Below, one piece after another: positions 47,285-58,089 of a stretch of DNA of 64,000 nucleotides. The notes beneath the pieces are model-generated. The model worked only from the letters and a program-made list of their open reading frames with translations, made no database searches and had not been told where the DNA came from. The translations under genes were made by a program, and so were the position numbers. Positions within the stretch are counted from its first letter, which is position 1; each line of letters starts with the position of its first letter. Source of the DNA: Alphaproteobacteria bacterium (GTDB taxonomy: Bacteria > Pseudomonadota > Alphaproteobacteria > Bin95); contig OZ219787.1 in assembly GCA_964291285.2 (NCBI GenBank), positions 1,024,001 to 1,088,000 on the forward strand, read 5' to 3'.

Positions 47285-48589
47285 CTACGAGCAGGTGCGC
47301 GGGGTGATGTTGTTCTCCTGGGCGTATTGCGCCGCGTCCTGCTCGATGAGCGGGCGGACGATGTCGGTCATCGCCGGGATCCAGTCGGTGATGATCTCCC
47401 AGGCGCTGCCGTTCCACTGCTGGACCAGGATCGCCGGGTTGGTGCCTTCATGGTTCAGGCAGGTCACCGTGGTCGGCGGCATCAGCCCGGTAAGGCCGAG
47501 CGCTTCCACATCCTCGGCGGAAAGGTCGATGTTCTCGAACGCCCAGCGCACCTGCTCCCCCGAGACATGCTTGCCCTTGCCGTATTTCTCCTGGGCCAGC
47601 CGGACAGCCTCGACGATGAAGGCCGCATTGACCATGCCACGGTTGTAGAGCACCGTGCCCATGTCGTCGCCGCCCTTCAGGCCGCTCACGCCTTTCAGGT
47701 CCTCGAACACCTTGTAGCCGGTGCCGGCGCCGTTGAAGGTCGCGCCCTTGTAGCCGGTCGCGCCCTCGCCGGCCGGCAGCACATCGGGCTCGGCGGCGGA
47801 CCACCAGTTGCCGATGAACCTGCTCATGTCGAACTTGATGTTCGCGGCTTCCTTGACCGCCGTCGAGTTCATCGCGCCCCAGCCCCACATGATGGCGTAG
47901 GACGGCTTGGTCCGGCGGATCTGCAGCCAGATGGACTTTTGCTCCGTCATCGTGGCCGGCGGCACCGGATACTTGTCGTAAGTGAAGCCGAACTTCTCCG
48001 CCAGGATGTCGAAGGTCGGGATCGGCTCGCGCCCATAGGGATGGTCGAGATAGATGAACGCGAAACGCTGGCCCTTCAACGCCTCGAGCCCGCCCGTCTC
48101 GTTGGCGATGTACTGGATGACGGCCGTGGCCTGGCTCCAGTAGGTCGAGGGGAAGTTGAAGACATAGGGGAACACCCGTCCGTCGGCGGCGCTGGTGCGG
48201 CCGTAGCCCATCGACAGGATCGGAATCTTGTCGTTGGTGGCTTTCTCGATCAGGGCGTAGGTGGTGCCGGTGGACCAGGGGCTGAGCGCCGTCGCGCCGC
48301 CGTTCTTGTCCTTCAGGCGGTCATAGCACTCGACGCCGCGATCGGTCTTGTAGCCGGTCTCGCACTCCTCGACGATGAACTTGACGCCGTTGACGCCGCC
48401 GTCGCGCTCGTTGATGAGCTGGAAGTAGTCGACATAGCCGTTAGCGAACGGAGTGCCGTTCGGGGCGTAAGCGCCCGTGCGGTAGGAGAGGACGGGGATG
48501 TACTGCCCCTCCTGGGCCTGGGCAACAGCAATGGCGCCGACCGCAACGGCTGCGGCCAGACCCGCTGTCGCCAGTTTCTTCGTAAGCAT
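47285..48589 (-). CDS. ABC transporter substrate-binding protein
   Basis: Signal peptide; YRTGAYAPNG, EECETGY.TDRGVECY and WGWGAM motifs. Confidence 0.92.
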   Translation of the reverse strand: MLTKKLATAGLAAAVAVGAIAVAQAQEGQYIPVLSYRTGAYAPNGTPFANGYVDYFQLINERDGGVNGVKFIVEECETGYKTDRGVECYDRLKDKNGGATALSPWSTGTTYALIEKATNDKIPILSMGYGRTSAADGRVFPYVFNFPSTYWSQATAVIQYIANETGGLEALKGQRFAFIYLDHPYGREPIPTFDILAEKFGFTYDKYPVPPATMTEQKSIWLQIRRTKPSYAIMWGWGAMNSTAVKEAANIKFDMSRFIGNWWSAAEPDVLPAGEGATGYKGATFNGAGTGYKVFEDLKGVSGLKGGDDMGTVLYNRGMVNAAFIVEAVRLAQEKYGKGKHVSGEQVRWAFENIDLSAEDVEALGLTGLMPPTTVTCLNHEGTNPAILVQQWNGSAWEIITDWIPAMTDIVRPLIEQDAAQYAQENNITPRTCS

Positions 48590-48647
48590 GATGGGGACCT
48601 CCCTTGGGTTTCTGCCTCATCGGCGTTGCGGCTGTCTCCCGCGACGG

Positions 48648-49724
48648 TCAATACGGGAACGGCCAGAGGCGCAGCTTTTCCTTGGCAATCTGCCAGAGCC
48701 GCGCCAGACCATGCGGTTCGACGATCAGGAAGAAGATGATCAGAGCGCCGAACAGCATGAACTCGATGTGGGTGATTGTATCGCCTGCGACGGCGTATCC
48801 GAACCAGCTCGGGACGCTGTTGAGGAAGATCGGCAGCAGGAAGATGAACGCGGCGCCGAGGAAGGAGCCGAGCACGCTGCCGAGGCCGCCGACGATGACC
48901 ATGAACAGCACCTGGAAGGACCGGTTGATGTCGAATGCGGTGGGCTCCACCGTGTTGATGTAGCACATGGCCCAGAGCGCGCCGGCGACCCCGCAATAGA
49001 AGCTGGAGATCGCGAAGGCGGAGAGCTTGGTCGGCAGCGGCCGGATTCCGATCAACTCCGCCGCGATATCCATGTCCCGTATCGCCATCCAGGAGCGCCC
49101 GATACGCGAGCGCGCCATGTTGCGGGCGATCCAGGCAAGCACGATGACGAAGGCCAGCACGAACAGGTATTTCGCTTCGTTGGTCGCCGTGGCGCCCGTG
49201 ACGTCGAAACCCAGCACGCTGCGCGGCGGCGCCGTCGGCACGCCCGAGATCGAATAATTGACGAACCACGGCACCTTGACGAACAGCCAGAGCAGGAAGA
49301 ACTGCGCCGCGAGGGTCGCGACGGCCAGGTAAAAGCCCTTGATGCGCAGACTGGGCAAGCCGAACGCGATCCCGATTGCCGCGGCGCAGAGCCCGGCCAG
49401 CGGGATCACGAGCCAGATCGGCATCCAGGTGATGTTGGTCGCGATCTTGTAGGCAAGATAAGCGCCCGCCGCCATGAACGCGCCCGTGCCGAGCGAAAGC
49501 TGGCCGCAATAGCCCGTCAGGATGTTGAGGCCCAGCGCCGCGATCGACAGGATCAGCACCGGGATCAGGATCGAGGCGATCAGATACTCGCTCGCCAGCA
49601 GCGGGATGCCGACGATGGCGAAGATCGTCAACCCGATCACGAATACGCGGTCGAGCGGAATCGTCAGCATCGCCTGGTCGGCGGAATAGCTGGTCTTGAA
49701 CTGTCCGGCTTCGCGGTAAAACAT
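48648..49724 (-). CDS. ABC transporter permease (LivM-like)
   Basis: GLNILTGYCGQLSLG and RIKGFYLAVATLA motifs. Confidence 0.93.
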   Translation of the reverse strand: MFYREAGQFKTSYSADQAMLTIPLDRVFVIGLTIFAIVGIPLLASEYLIASILIPVLILSIAALGLNILTGYCGQLSLGTGAFMAAGAYLAYKIATNITWMPIWLVIPLAGLCAAAIGIAFGLPSLRIKGFYLAVATLAAQFFLLWLFVKVPWFVNYSISGVPTAPPRSVLGFDVTGATATNEAKYLFVLAFVIVLAWIARNMARSRIGRSWMAIRDMDIAAELIGIRPLPTKLSAFAISSFYCGVAGALWAMCYINTVEPTAFDINRSFQVLFMVIVGGLGSVLGSFLGAAFIFLLPIFLNSVPSWFGYAVAGDTITHIEFMLFGALIIFFLIVEPHGLARLWQIAKEKLRLWPFPY

Positions 49725-49728
49725 CAGG

Positions 49729-50679
49729 TCATACCCGTTCGATGATCTTTTCGCCGAACAGGCCTTGCGGCCTGAAGAACAGGAAGATCATGGCTACGAT
49801 ATAGGCGAACCACTCCTCCGTCGCGCCTTCCAGCAGGGGCACGCCCCAGTAGTTCTCGAACACCTTTTCGCCGGCGCCGACGATCAGCCCGCCGATGATG
49901 GCGCCGGGTATCGAGGTGAAGCCGCCGAGGATCAATACCGGCAGGGCCTTGAGCGCAATGGTGGAAAGCGCGAACTGCACGCCGAGCTTGGCCCCCCACA
50001 TGATGCCGGCGACCAGCGCCACGAAGCCTGCAACCGCCCACACGATCACCCAGATATTGTTGAGCGGAATGCCGACCGAGAGCGCCGCCTGGTGGTCGTC
50101 GGCGACGGCGCGGAGCGCCCGCCCGACCGGCGTGAAGTGGAAGAAAAGCGCCAGCACCGTGACCAGGAAGGCCGCAATCACCCCGGCGAACAGGTCCGAG
50201 GACTGCACCAGGATTTCGCCGAAGCCCGCCTCCCAGAACAGCGCCGCATCGGGGATGCCGACGCGGACCGGGCGTACATCGCCGCCCCAGATCGACTCGC
50301 CGAATCCTTCTAGGAAGAAGGCGATGCCGATGGTCGCCATGAACAGGATTATCGGGTCCTGGTTCACCAGCGGCCGCAGCACGAGCCGGTCCACGGCGAA
50401 CGCCAGGACGGTCATGATGCCGACTGTAATGAGGAAGGCCAGGATCGGGTGGACGCCGAGGTCCATCAGCCCGACGAAGTTGAGCGCCGCGAACAGGACG
50501 AAGATGCCCTGGGCGAAGTTGAAGATGCCCGAGGCCTTGAAGATCAGCACGAAACCGAGCGCCACCAGCGAATACATGACGCCTGAAGTCAGCCCGCCGA
50601 TCAGCACCTCCACCAGGAAGGCCGGTTCGACCACCATCTGGACGAACGGGTCGATGAAGATGAGGTAAAGGGTTTCCAT
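49729..50679 (-). CDS. ABC transporter permease (LivH-like)
   Basis: YSLVALGFVLIFKASG.FNFAQG and RPQGLFG motifs. Confidence 0.93.
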   Translation of the reverse strand: METLYLIFIDPFVQMVVEPAFLVEVLIGGLTSGVMYSLVALGFVLIFKASGIFNFAQGIFVLFAALNFVGLMDLGVHPILAFLITVGIMTVLAFAVDRLVLRPLVNQDPIILFMATIGIAFFLEGFGESIWGGDVRPVRVGIPDAALFWEAGFGEILVQSSDLFAGVIAAFLVTVLALFFHFTPVGRALRAVADDHQAALSVGIPLNNIWVIVWAVAGFVALVAGIMWGAKLGVQFALSTIALKALPVLILGGFTSIPGAIIGGLIVGAGEKVFENYWGVPLLEGATEEWFAYIVAMIFLFFRPQGLFGEKIIERV

Positions 50680-50691
50680 CGCCGCGCCGTC

Positions 50692-51474
50692 CTAGTCGTG
50701 GCTCACGCCGAGATAGGCGTCGATGACATTCTGGTTGCCGCGGACCTCGTCCGGCGTGCCTTCGGCGAGTTTCCTGCCATAGTCGAGCACCACGACGCGG
50801 TCGGATACATCCATGACGACGCCCATGTCATGCTCGATCAGTGCGATCGTGGTGCCGAGTTCGTGGTTGGTGGACAGCACGAAGCGGCACATGTCCTCCT
50901 TCTCCTCGACATTCATGCCGGCCATCGGCTCGTCGAGCAGCAGCAGTTCCGGCTCCGCGGCGAGTGCGCGCGCGAGCTCGACGCGCTTCTGCAGGCCGTA
51001 GGGCAGGCGTCCTACCGGCGTCTTGCGGATTGCCTGGATTTCCAGGAAGTCGATCACCTCCTCGACCTTCTCGCGGTGCTCGATTTCCTCGCGCCGGCCC
51101 CGGCCGATATAGAGCGCCTGTTCCGCCAGGGAGGCCCGCATCCTCAGCATGCGCCCGGTCATGACGTTCTCGAGCGTCGTCATGCCCTTGAAGAGCGCGA
51201 TGTTCTGGAAGGTGCGGCTGATGCCCTGGGCTGCGGCCTCGTGCGGGCGCATCTGCCGGCGTTCCGCACCTTTGAAGGTGATGGTGCCTTCCTGCGGATG
51301 GTAGAAGCCGTTGATGCAATTCAGCATCGACGACTTGCCGGCCCCGTTGGGCCCGATGATGGCGAAGATTTCACCCTCATGGATATCGAAGCTCACATCC
51401 GTCAGCGCGCGGACGCCGCCGAAACGCAGCGAAATGTCCTTGACGCTTAGCAGGATGTCTCCCGGCCGCGTCAT
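50692..51474 (-). CDS. Liv-type ABC transporter ATP-binding protein (LivG-like)
   Basis: GPNGAGKS, RTFQN and LLLDEPMAGM motifs. Confidence 0.93.
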   Translation of the reverse strand: MTRPGDILLSVKDISLRFGGVRALTDVSFDIHEGEIFAIIGPNGAGKSSMLNCINGFYHPQEGTITFKGAERRQMRPHEAAAQGISRTFQNIALFKGMTTLENVMTGRMLRMRASLAEQALYIGRGRREEIEHREKVEEVIDFLEIQAIRKTPVGRLPYGLQKRVELARALAAEPELLLLDEPMAGMNVEEKEDMCRFVLSTNHELGTTIALIEHDMGVVMDVSDRVVVLDYGRKLAEGTPDEVRGNQNVIDAYLGVSHD

Positions 51475-53420
51475 GCAGCGGTCCTTTCGCCGCCGGCCTC
51501 GGAGACGCGGGCGTCCCGGATGGCCAGGTCGCCGGTGATCGTGCCCGACCGTCCGTCCTCGAAGGTCACCGGGGTCTCCAGCACGATATTGCCCTCGCCG
51601 CCATACAGTGCGTCGATGGCCGGGGCGTAACGCTCGAAGATGAAGCGGCGGCGGACCTTCTGCGTACGGGTGAGCTCGCCGTCATCGGCGTCCAGCATCT
51701 TGTGCAGCACGATGAAGCGGCGGATCTGCGAGCCGGCAAATTGCGGGTCGCCTGCGAGGCTCTCGTTGAACTCCGAAACATGGCCCTCGACGATGTCGAG
51801 CACCTCCGGCCGGGCGGCGAGCTCCTGGTAGCTCGAATAGGGAATGTTGCGCCTCTCGGCCCAGTTGCCGACCGCCTCCATGTCGATATTGATCATCGCG
51901 GTCACGAAGTCCCGCTCATGGCCGAAGGTCACCGCTTCGCGGATGTTCGGGTAGAATTTCAGCTTGTTCTCCAGGTATTTGGGCGCGAAGAGCGTGCCGT
52001 CGGCGAGCCTGCCGACATCCTTGGCACGGTCGATGATCCGCAAATGCCCGTCGCCGTCGATCACACCCGCATCCCCGGTGTGGACCCAGCCGTCGCCGGT
52101 CTTGGTCTCGGCTGTGGCCTCGCTGTTCTTGTAATACTCCTGGAAGACGCCGGGACTCCGGTAGAGCACCTCGCCTTCCTCGGTGATGCGCAGCTCGACG
52201 CCCGGCGCCGGCGGACCGACGCTGTCGGCGCGCACATCGTCATTGGTCTGGATAGTGACGAACACGCTCGCCTCGGTCTGGCCGTACAGCTGCTTGAGGT
52301 TGATGCCGAGCGAGCGGAAGAAACGAAAGATTTCAGGTCCGATGGCCTCGCCGGCGGTGTAGCCGACCCGGAGCCGGGAGAGGCCCAGCACGTTCTTGAG
52401 CGGCCCGTACACAAAAACCTCGCCGATCCGATAAAGCAGCCGGTCTGAAATGCCGACCCTGCGGCCTTCGAGAATGTCCGCCCCCGCACGTTCGGCGACA
52501 TTCATGAAAAACCGGAACAGGCGCTGCTTCAGGGGCGCCGCGTCTTCCATGCGGATGGTCACCTGGGTCAGCAGGTTCTCGAACACGCGCGGCGGCGCGA
52601 AGAAATATGTCGGTCCGAGCTCGCGCAAATCGTGCGGCACGGTCTCCGGGGATTCCGGGCAGGCGAAGGAGAAGCCGACCAGATGCGCCTGACAGTAGGA
52701 GAGCACATTGTCGCCGACCCAGGCCATCGGCAGATAGGCCAGCACCACCTCGTCCTCGCGCAGATGCTCGAAGTCCGCACCGATCTTCGCGCATAGCAGG
52801 AGATTGTCGTAGGAGAGCACCACGCCCTTCGGCGTGCCGGTGGTGCCGGAGGTGTAGAGGATGATCGCGGTGTCGCTGCCCTTGCCGAGATCGACCTCGT
52901 CGTCCCAGCCGCCTTCCCCGCCCATGCCGACGACATCGTCATAGGCGTGCAGAAACGGCTCCGAATAGTCCCGCATGCCGCGCGAATCGTCGTAGATGAT
53001 CGTCCGGAGCGCCGGGAGGTGTTCCTTTTGCGACAGGACCTTGTCGACCTGTTCCTGATCCTCGGCGACGATGAATGCGGCTTCGGCGTGGTCCAGCACG
53101 AAGCGCATCTCATCGGCCACCGCGTCCTGATAGACCGGCACGGGAATGGCGCCGAGGCTCTGCGCGGCGCTCATGGCGAAATAAAGCCGCGGCCGGTTGT
53201 CGCCGACGATGGCGACCTTCTCTCCGCGCTTGAGGCCGAGCGCCTTCATTCCGGCGGCGAGCTTGCGCACCGCGTCGCGGAAGTCGGCCCAGGTCCAGGT
53301 CTGCCAGATGCCGAGGTCCTTCTCGCGGACGGCGGCCAGCGATGCGCGGTGTTCGGCGTTGTAACGGAGCAGCTTCGGGAAGGTGTCGTGCTGCGCAACA
53401 TCCGGTAGGGCGCCGGCCAT
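51471..53420 (-). CDS. long-chain fatty acid-CoA ligase
   Basis: YTSGTTGTPKGV, YGQTE, HTGDAG and ELTRTQKVRR motifs. Confidence 0.92.
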   Translation of the reverse strand: MAGALPDVAQHDTFPKLLRYNAEHRASLAAVREKDLGIWQTWTWADFRDAVRKLAAGMKALGLKRGEKVAIVGDNRPRLYFAMSAAQSLGAIPVPVYQDAVADEMRFVLDHAEAAFIVAEDQEQVDKVLSQKEHLPALRTIIYDDSRGMRDYSEPFLHAYDDVVGMGGEGGWDDEVDLGKGSDTAIILYTSGTTGTPKGVVLSYDNLLLCAKIGADFEHLREDEVVLAYLPMAWVGDNVLSYCQAHLVGFSFACPESPETVPHDLRELGPTYFFAPPRVFENLLTQVTIRMEDAAPLKQRLFRFFMNVAERAGADILEGRRVGISDRLLYRIGEVFVYGPLKNVLGLSRLRVGYTAGEAIGPEIFRFFRSLGINLKQLYGQTEASVFVTIQTNDDVRADSVGPPAPGVELRITEEGEVLYRSPGVFQEYYKNSEATAETKTGDGWVHTGDAGVIDGDGHLRIIDRAKDVGRLADGTLFAPKYLENKLKFYPNIREAVTFGHERDFVTAMINIDMEAVGNWAERRNIPYSSYQELAARPEVLDIVEGHVSEFNESLAGDPQFAGSQIRRFIVLHKMLDADDGELTRTQKVRRRFIFERYAPAIDALYGGEGNIVLETPVTFEDGRSGTITGDLAIRDARVSEAGGERTAA

Positions 53421-53674
53421 GGCTTCGGTCTCCCCTGGGCGAGTGCGAACGCTCCGATCGGTCGATTACGGTCGCGATATCCGAGGCGTATGCGGAGAAG
53501 GTTGGTAGCCAAGCCGCGCGCCGAGTCCAAGCAAAAAATGTTACACAGGGCCTACTTTGGTGTCGCAGCGGGCGCGGCGGGGATATGGTTGCCGACAGGT
53601 TGCTGCAGGCGCGGCGGCCGAGGGGGACGCGTTTGGCGATGGCCTGGTTGGCAAGGCGCAGGGGTCTTTGAAGG

Positions 53675-55021
53675 ATGGCAAGTCCGGATTTCTCGGTCCT
53701 GCCTTCCGTGGACCGCCTGCTTGAAGACGCCGCCCTTGCCGCGGCGGCCGAGGAATACGGGCGGGCCGAAGCGCTGGCGGGCGCGCGGCAGGCGCTCGCG
53801 GATGCGCGGCGGGCGCTCGGGGCCGGCGGCGCGCTCGATCCCTCGTCGCTCGGACCGGCGGCGGCGGCGCATATTGCGGCGCGGGGGCGGCCTTCGCTCC
53901 GGCGGGTGTTCAACCTGACGGGCGTCGTGCTGCACACAAACCTCGGCAGGGCGCCGCTCCCGCAGGAGGCGGTCGCCGCAATCGCGGAGGCCGCCGGCAA
54001 TTGCAACCTCGAATACGACCTGGAGACCGGCCGGCGGGGAGACCGGGACTCCCATGTCGAGGCGCTGCTGACGGAACTCACCGGCGCGGAAGCGGCGCTG
54101 GCGGTCAACAACAACGCTGCCGCTGTCCTGCTGGTGCTGAACAGCCTCTCGGCAGGGCGCGACGCGCTGGTGTCGCGCGGCGAGCTGGTCGAGATCGGCG
54201 GCTCCTTCCGCATGCCCGAGATCATGGCCCGCGCCGGCGCCCGCATGGTCGAGGTCGGCACGACCAACCGCACGCATGCGAGCGACTTCGAGGCCGCCGT
54301 CGGTCCGGACACCGGCTGCGTGCTGAAAGTGCACACCTCCAACTATGAGGTTGTCGGCTTCACGGCGTCGGTGCCGGACTACCGTCTGGCTCGTATCGCG
54401 GAGGCGGCGGGCGCGCCCTATGCCGTCGATCTGGGCGCGGGGCAGCTTGTCGATCTCGCGCGCTACGGACTGCCGCAGGAACCGATGCCGGGCCAGGCGC
54501 TCGCCGCCGGGGCCGGGCTCGTCACCTTCAGCGGCGACAAGCTGCTGGGCGGGCCGCAGGCCGGCATCATCGTCGGGCGCGCGGACCTCGTCGCCCTGCT
54601 CAAGCGGAACCCGATGCGACGCGCCATGCGGCTCGGCAAGCTGTCCCTCGCGGCTCTGGAAGCGGTGTTGCGGCTCTACCGGGATCCCGACCGGCTGGCG
54701 GAACGCCTGCCTGCGCTGCGCATCCTCACCCGTCCGGTGGAGGAGATTGAGGCCCAGGCGTACCGGCTCGCGCCAGCGATGGAAGGCGCGGAAGTCATGA
54801 CCGTCGCGAGCCAGATCGGCTCCGGCTCGCTGCCGGTGGAGCGCCTCGAAAGCCGGGCGCTGGCGCTGTCCGCTCCGGGCGGCAAGGCGCTGGAGGCGCG
54901 CGCGGCGGCCTTCCGGCGGCTGCCCGTCCCGGTCATCGGGCGCATCTCGGAGGGGCGGCTGCTCTTCGACCTGCGCACCCTTGACGACGAAGACGCATTC
55001 CTGTCCCAACTGGCCCCATGA
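53675..55021 (+). CDS. selA: L-seryl-tRNA(Sec) selenium transferase
   Basis: [39 protein letters not shown] and [13 protein letters not shown] motifs. Confidence 0.97.
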   Translation: MASPDFSVLPSVDRLLEDAALAAAAEEYGRAEALAGARQALADARRALGAGGALDPSSLGPAAAAHIAARGRPSLRRVFNLTGVVLHTNLGRAPLPQEAVAAIAEAAGNCNLEYDLETGRRGDRDSHVEALLTELTGAEAALAVNNNAAAVLLVLNSLSAGRDALVSRGELVEIGGSFRMPEIMARAGARMVEVGTTNRTHASDFEAAVGPDTGCVLKVHTSNYEVVGFTASVPDYRLARIAEAAGAPYAVDLGAGQLVDLARYGLPQEPMPGQALAAGAGLVTFSGDKLLGGPQAGIIVGRADLVALLKRNPMRRAMRLGKLSLAALEAVLRLYRDPDRLAERLPALRILTRPVEEIEAQAYRLAPAMEGAEVMTVASQIGSGSLPVERLESRALALSAPGGKALEARAAAFRRLPVPVIGRISEGRLLFDLRTLDDEDAFLSQLAP

Positions 55022-56907
55022 TCGTCGCGACCGCCGGGCATATCGACCACGGCAAGACCTCGCTGGTGAAGGCGCTGACGGGCACCGACGCCGACCGGCT
55101 GCCGGAGGAAAAGGCGCGCGGGCTCACCATCGACCTCGGCTTCGCCTACTGGCAGGCCGGCCCCGGCCAGACCGTCGGCTTCATCGACGTGCCGGGGCAT
55201 GAGCGCTTCATCAGGAACATGCTGGCCGGCGTCACCGGCATCGACGCGGCGCTGCTGATCGTGGCCGCCGACGACGGGCCGATGCCGCAGACGCGCGAGC
55301 ATCTGGCGATCCTCGACCTTTTGGGCGTGCAGCGCGGCATTGTCGCCGTGACCAAGGCCGACCGCGCCGAGCCGGAGCGCGTGCAGGCGGTTGCCGAAGA
55401 AGCGCAGGCGCTTGCAGCCGATACCGGGCTCGCCGGGGCGCCGGTCCTGCCGGTCTCCGCGATAACGGGCGACGGCGTTGCGGAGTTGCGGCGCGCATTG
55501 CAGCGCCTTGCGGGCGCGGTCGGGCGGCGGCGGGCGGCGGGGCGGTTCCGGCTGGCGGTGGACCGCAGCTTCACCCTGCGCGGCGCGGGCCTTGTGGTTA
55601 CCGGCACGGCGTTCTCGGGCGCGGTCAAGGCGGGCGACCGGCTGCTGGTCTCACCCGGCGGCGTCGAGGCGCGGGTGCGCGCGATCCATGCGGAGAATGT
55701 CGAGACCCATGCCGCGCAGGCAGGACAGCGGGTCGCGCTCAACCTTGCCGGGTCCGGCCTGCGCCGCCACGCCGTCTCGCGCGGCGACTGGCTGCTGGCG
55801 CCCGAGGCCCACGGGCCGACGCGCCGCATCGACGCAAGGCTGAGGGTGCTCGGCAGCGAGGCGCGTCCGCTCCGCGACCGCACGCCCGTGCATGTGCATC
55901 TGGGCGCGGTGGATGTCACCGGGCGGGTGGCGGTGCTGGACGGACCGTCCATCGCGCCGGGCGCGGCCGGCTGGGTGCAATTGCTGCTGGACCGGGAGAT
56001 CGGCGCGCTCGCGGGCGACGGCGTCGTGCTGCGCGACCAGTCGGCCATGCGCACCATGGCCGGCGGCCGCGTCGCCGATCCGTTTCCGCCGGCGCGCGGC
56101 CGGGCGCGGCCGGAGCGGCTGGCCGAGCTTGCCGTGCGCGCCGGGGAGGACCCGTTCGCCGGGCTGGTGGAGGCGGCGCCGTTCGGGTTCGACTTCCCCC
56201 GGTTCGCGCTCGCCCACAACCTGAACGACCCGGAACAGGCGGCGCTCAGGCGGCGGCAGGGCGTGGTGTTTGCGGGTCCGGTCGCCGTCGATGCCGGGCG
56301 CTGGCAGACGCTCTCGGATGCCTTCGAGCGCGAGGTGGACGCCTGGACGGCGGCGCATCCCGACAGCCCGGGCCTCGGCCCGGTGGCGCTGCGCCGGCGG
56401 CTGGACCCGGTGCCGCCGCGCGACATCGCCGAAGCGGCGCTTGCGGCGCTGGCAGGTGCAGGCAGGCTTGCGCGCTCCGGCGGCTTCGTCCACCGGCCCG
56501 GCCACCGTGCGGCGCTCGCCCCGGAGGAGGAGGCGCTCTGGCAGCGCATAGAGCCGCTGGTCACGGAAGGCGGCCTGCGTCCGCCGCGGGTGCGCGAACT
56601 GGCCGACATGCTCAAGGTCGATCATGTCCGGGTGGAGGGCGTGCTGCGCCAGGCGGGCCGGTTCGGACTGGTGCGAAGGGTGGCGGACAACCGCTGGTTC
56701 CCGCCGGAGGCGCTGAAGGGCCTTGCGGACATTGCCGAGACGCTGGCGGCGGAGAGCGCCGACGGGCGCTTCACGGCAGCGGCATACAAGGACCGCTCCG
56801 GCATCGGGCGCAATGTCGCCATCGAGTTGCTGGAATTTTTTGACAAGGAAGGTTTCACCCGGCGCGAGGGCGACGCCCGGCGGATCGTGCGGGAGTGGCG
56901 GGGATAA
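55018..56907 (+). CDS. selB: selenocysteine-specific elongation factor
   Basis: [33 protein letters not shown]; C-terminal winged helix GR..AI.LLEFFD..G.TRR. Confidence 0.97.
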   Translation: MIVATAGHIDHGKTSLVKALTGTDADRLPEEKARGLTIDLGFAYWQAGPGQTVGFIDVPGHERFIRNMLAGVTGIDAALLIVAADDGPMPQTREHLAILDLLGVQRGIVAVTKADRAEPERVQAVAEEAQALAADTGLAGAPVLPVSAITGDGVAELRRALQRLAGAVGRRRAAGRFRLAVDRSFTLRGAGLVVTGTAFSGAVKAGDRLLVSPGGVEARVRAIHAENVETHAAQAGQRVALNLAGSGLRRHAVSRGDWLLAPEAHGPTRRIDARLRVLGSEARPLRDRTPVHVHLGAVDVTGRVAVLDGPSIAPGAAGWVQLLLDREIGALAGDGVVLRDQSAMRTMAGGRVADPFPPARGRARPERLAELAVRAGEDPFAGLVEAAPFGFDFPRFALAHNLNDPEQAALRRRQGVVFAGPVAVDAGRWQTLSDAFEREVDAWTAAHPDSPGLGPVALRRRLDPVPPRDIAEAALAALAGAGRLARSGGFVHRPGHRAALAPEEEALWQRIEPLVTEGGLRPPRVRELADMLKVDHVRVEGVLRQAGRFGLVRRVADNRWFPPEALKGLADIAETLAAESADGRFTAAAYKDRSGIGRNVAIELLEFFDKEGFTRREGDARRIVREWRG

Positions 56908-56936
56908 AGGCGAACGGTGAGAGGGAGACGGACTCG

Positions 56937-58019
56937 ATGCGCATAGAAGACATCCGCGTTCACCTGATGGTGCTGCCGTGGCGGGAGCAGCCGGCCTTCC
57001 AGCGCGGCTATGCGCGGAAGCGCAATGTGCTGGCGGTCGAGATCGAGACGCGCTCGGGCCATGTCGGGCTCGGCTACCAGCTCTATCTGCGCGAAGGCTT
57101 CCGCACGGTGAAGGAATGCCTGGAAGAGACCATGGCGCCCCACCTGATCGGGCGCGACGCGAGCGAGGTCGAGGCGATCTGGCGGGAGCTGTGGACCGCA
57201 TCGCTGGCGGACGGGCGCGGCGGGGCGCCGGTGCTGGCGCTCTCGGCCGTCGATGTCGCGCTCTGGGACATTGTGGGACAGGCCGCCGGGATGCCGTTGC
57301 ACCGGCTCTGGGGCCACTACCGCGCGGAGGCGCCCGCCTACGGCTCCGGCGTCTGGCGGGGGCTCGAGCCGGACGCGATGGTGGAAAAGGCGCTGCGCTT
57401 CAAGGCGGAGGGCTACCCGGCGGTCAAGATGCAGGTCGGCCATGCCTGGACGGACGCCCAGGACCTGGAGCATGTCCGCCGGGTGCGCGAGGCGGTCGGG
57501 CCGGAGGTCGACATCATGGTCGATGTCAACATGGCCTGGACCGCAGACCACGCCATCCTGCAGGGCCGCAAGCTGGAGCAGTTCGACATCTACTGGCTGG
57601 AGGAGCCGGTCGTGCCGGACGATTTCGCCGGCTACTTCCGGATCGCGGACGCGCTCGACCTCCGGGTCGTCGGCGGCGAGAGCCACATGACGCGCTACGA
57701 CCTCAAGCCCTTCTTCGAGAACCCGAAACTGCCGATCCTCCAGCCGGACGTGGTGCGCGGCGGGCTGACGGACCTGCGCAAGACGGCGGCAATTGCGGAT
57801 ACCTGGGGCATGACCATAGCCCCGCATCTCTATCCGGAACTGATGATCCAACTCATGGCCTCGATCCCGAACGGGCTGATCCTCGAGGACATGGGGCTGA
57901 TGCAGGACCTGTTCATCGACCCGCCGCTGGTGGAGAACGGCATCGTCCGCGCACCCGAGAAACCGGGCCACGGCCTTGTCTTCACCGAGGAGGCGATGAA
58001 GGAGGGCCGCATCGCCTGA
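56937..58019 (+). CDS. mandelate racemase/muconate lactonizing enzyme family protein
   Basis: SAVDVALWD, VKMQVG, MVDVN, WLEEP, GGE and LQPD motifs. Confidence 0.92.
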   Translation: MRIEDIRVHLMVLPWREQPAFQRGYARKRNVLAVEIETRSGHVGLGYQLYLREGFRTVKECLEETMAPHLIGRDASEVEAIWRELWTASLADGRGGAPVLALSAVDVALWDIVGQAAGMPLHRLWGHYRAEAPAYGSGVWRGLEPDAMVEKALRFKAEGYPAVKMQVGHAWTDAQDLEHVRRVREAVGPEVDIMVDVNMAWTADHAILQGRKLEQFDIYWLEEPVVPDDFAGYFRIADALDLRVVGGESHMTRYDLKPFFENPKLPILQPDVVRGGLTDLRKTAAIADTWGMTIAPHLYPELMIQLMASIPNGLILEDMGLMQDLFIDPPLVENGIVRAPEKPGHGLVFTEEAMKEGRIA

Positions 58020-58089
58020 CGGCGGCCCCGCTCTGGAAAACGCACAGGCCCTGTGCCACGATGGGAAATCCTTATCCGGAGAGCATGTC

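Noticed and set aside
45025-51450. Long plus-strand ORFs (760, 514 and 415 aa and others)
   Set aside because: Antisense shadows of the ligase and ABC transporter genes.
53421-53674. Possible tRNA-Sec (selC) or riboswitch upstream of selA
   Set aside because: No cloverleaf, UCA anticodon arm or T-loop recognised; it looks like a divergent promoter region.
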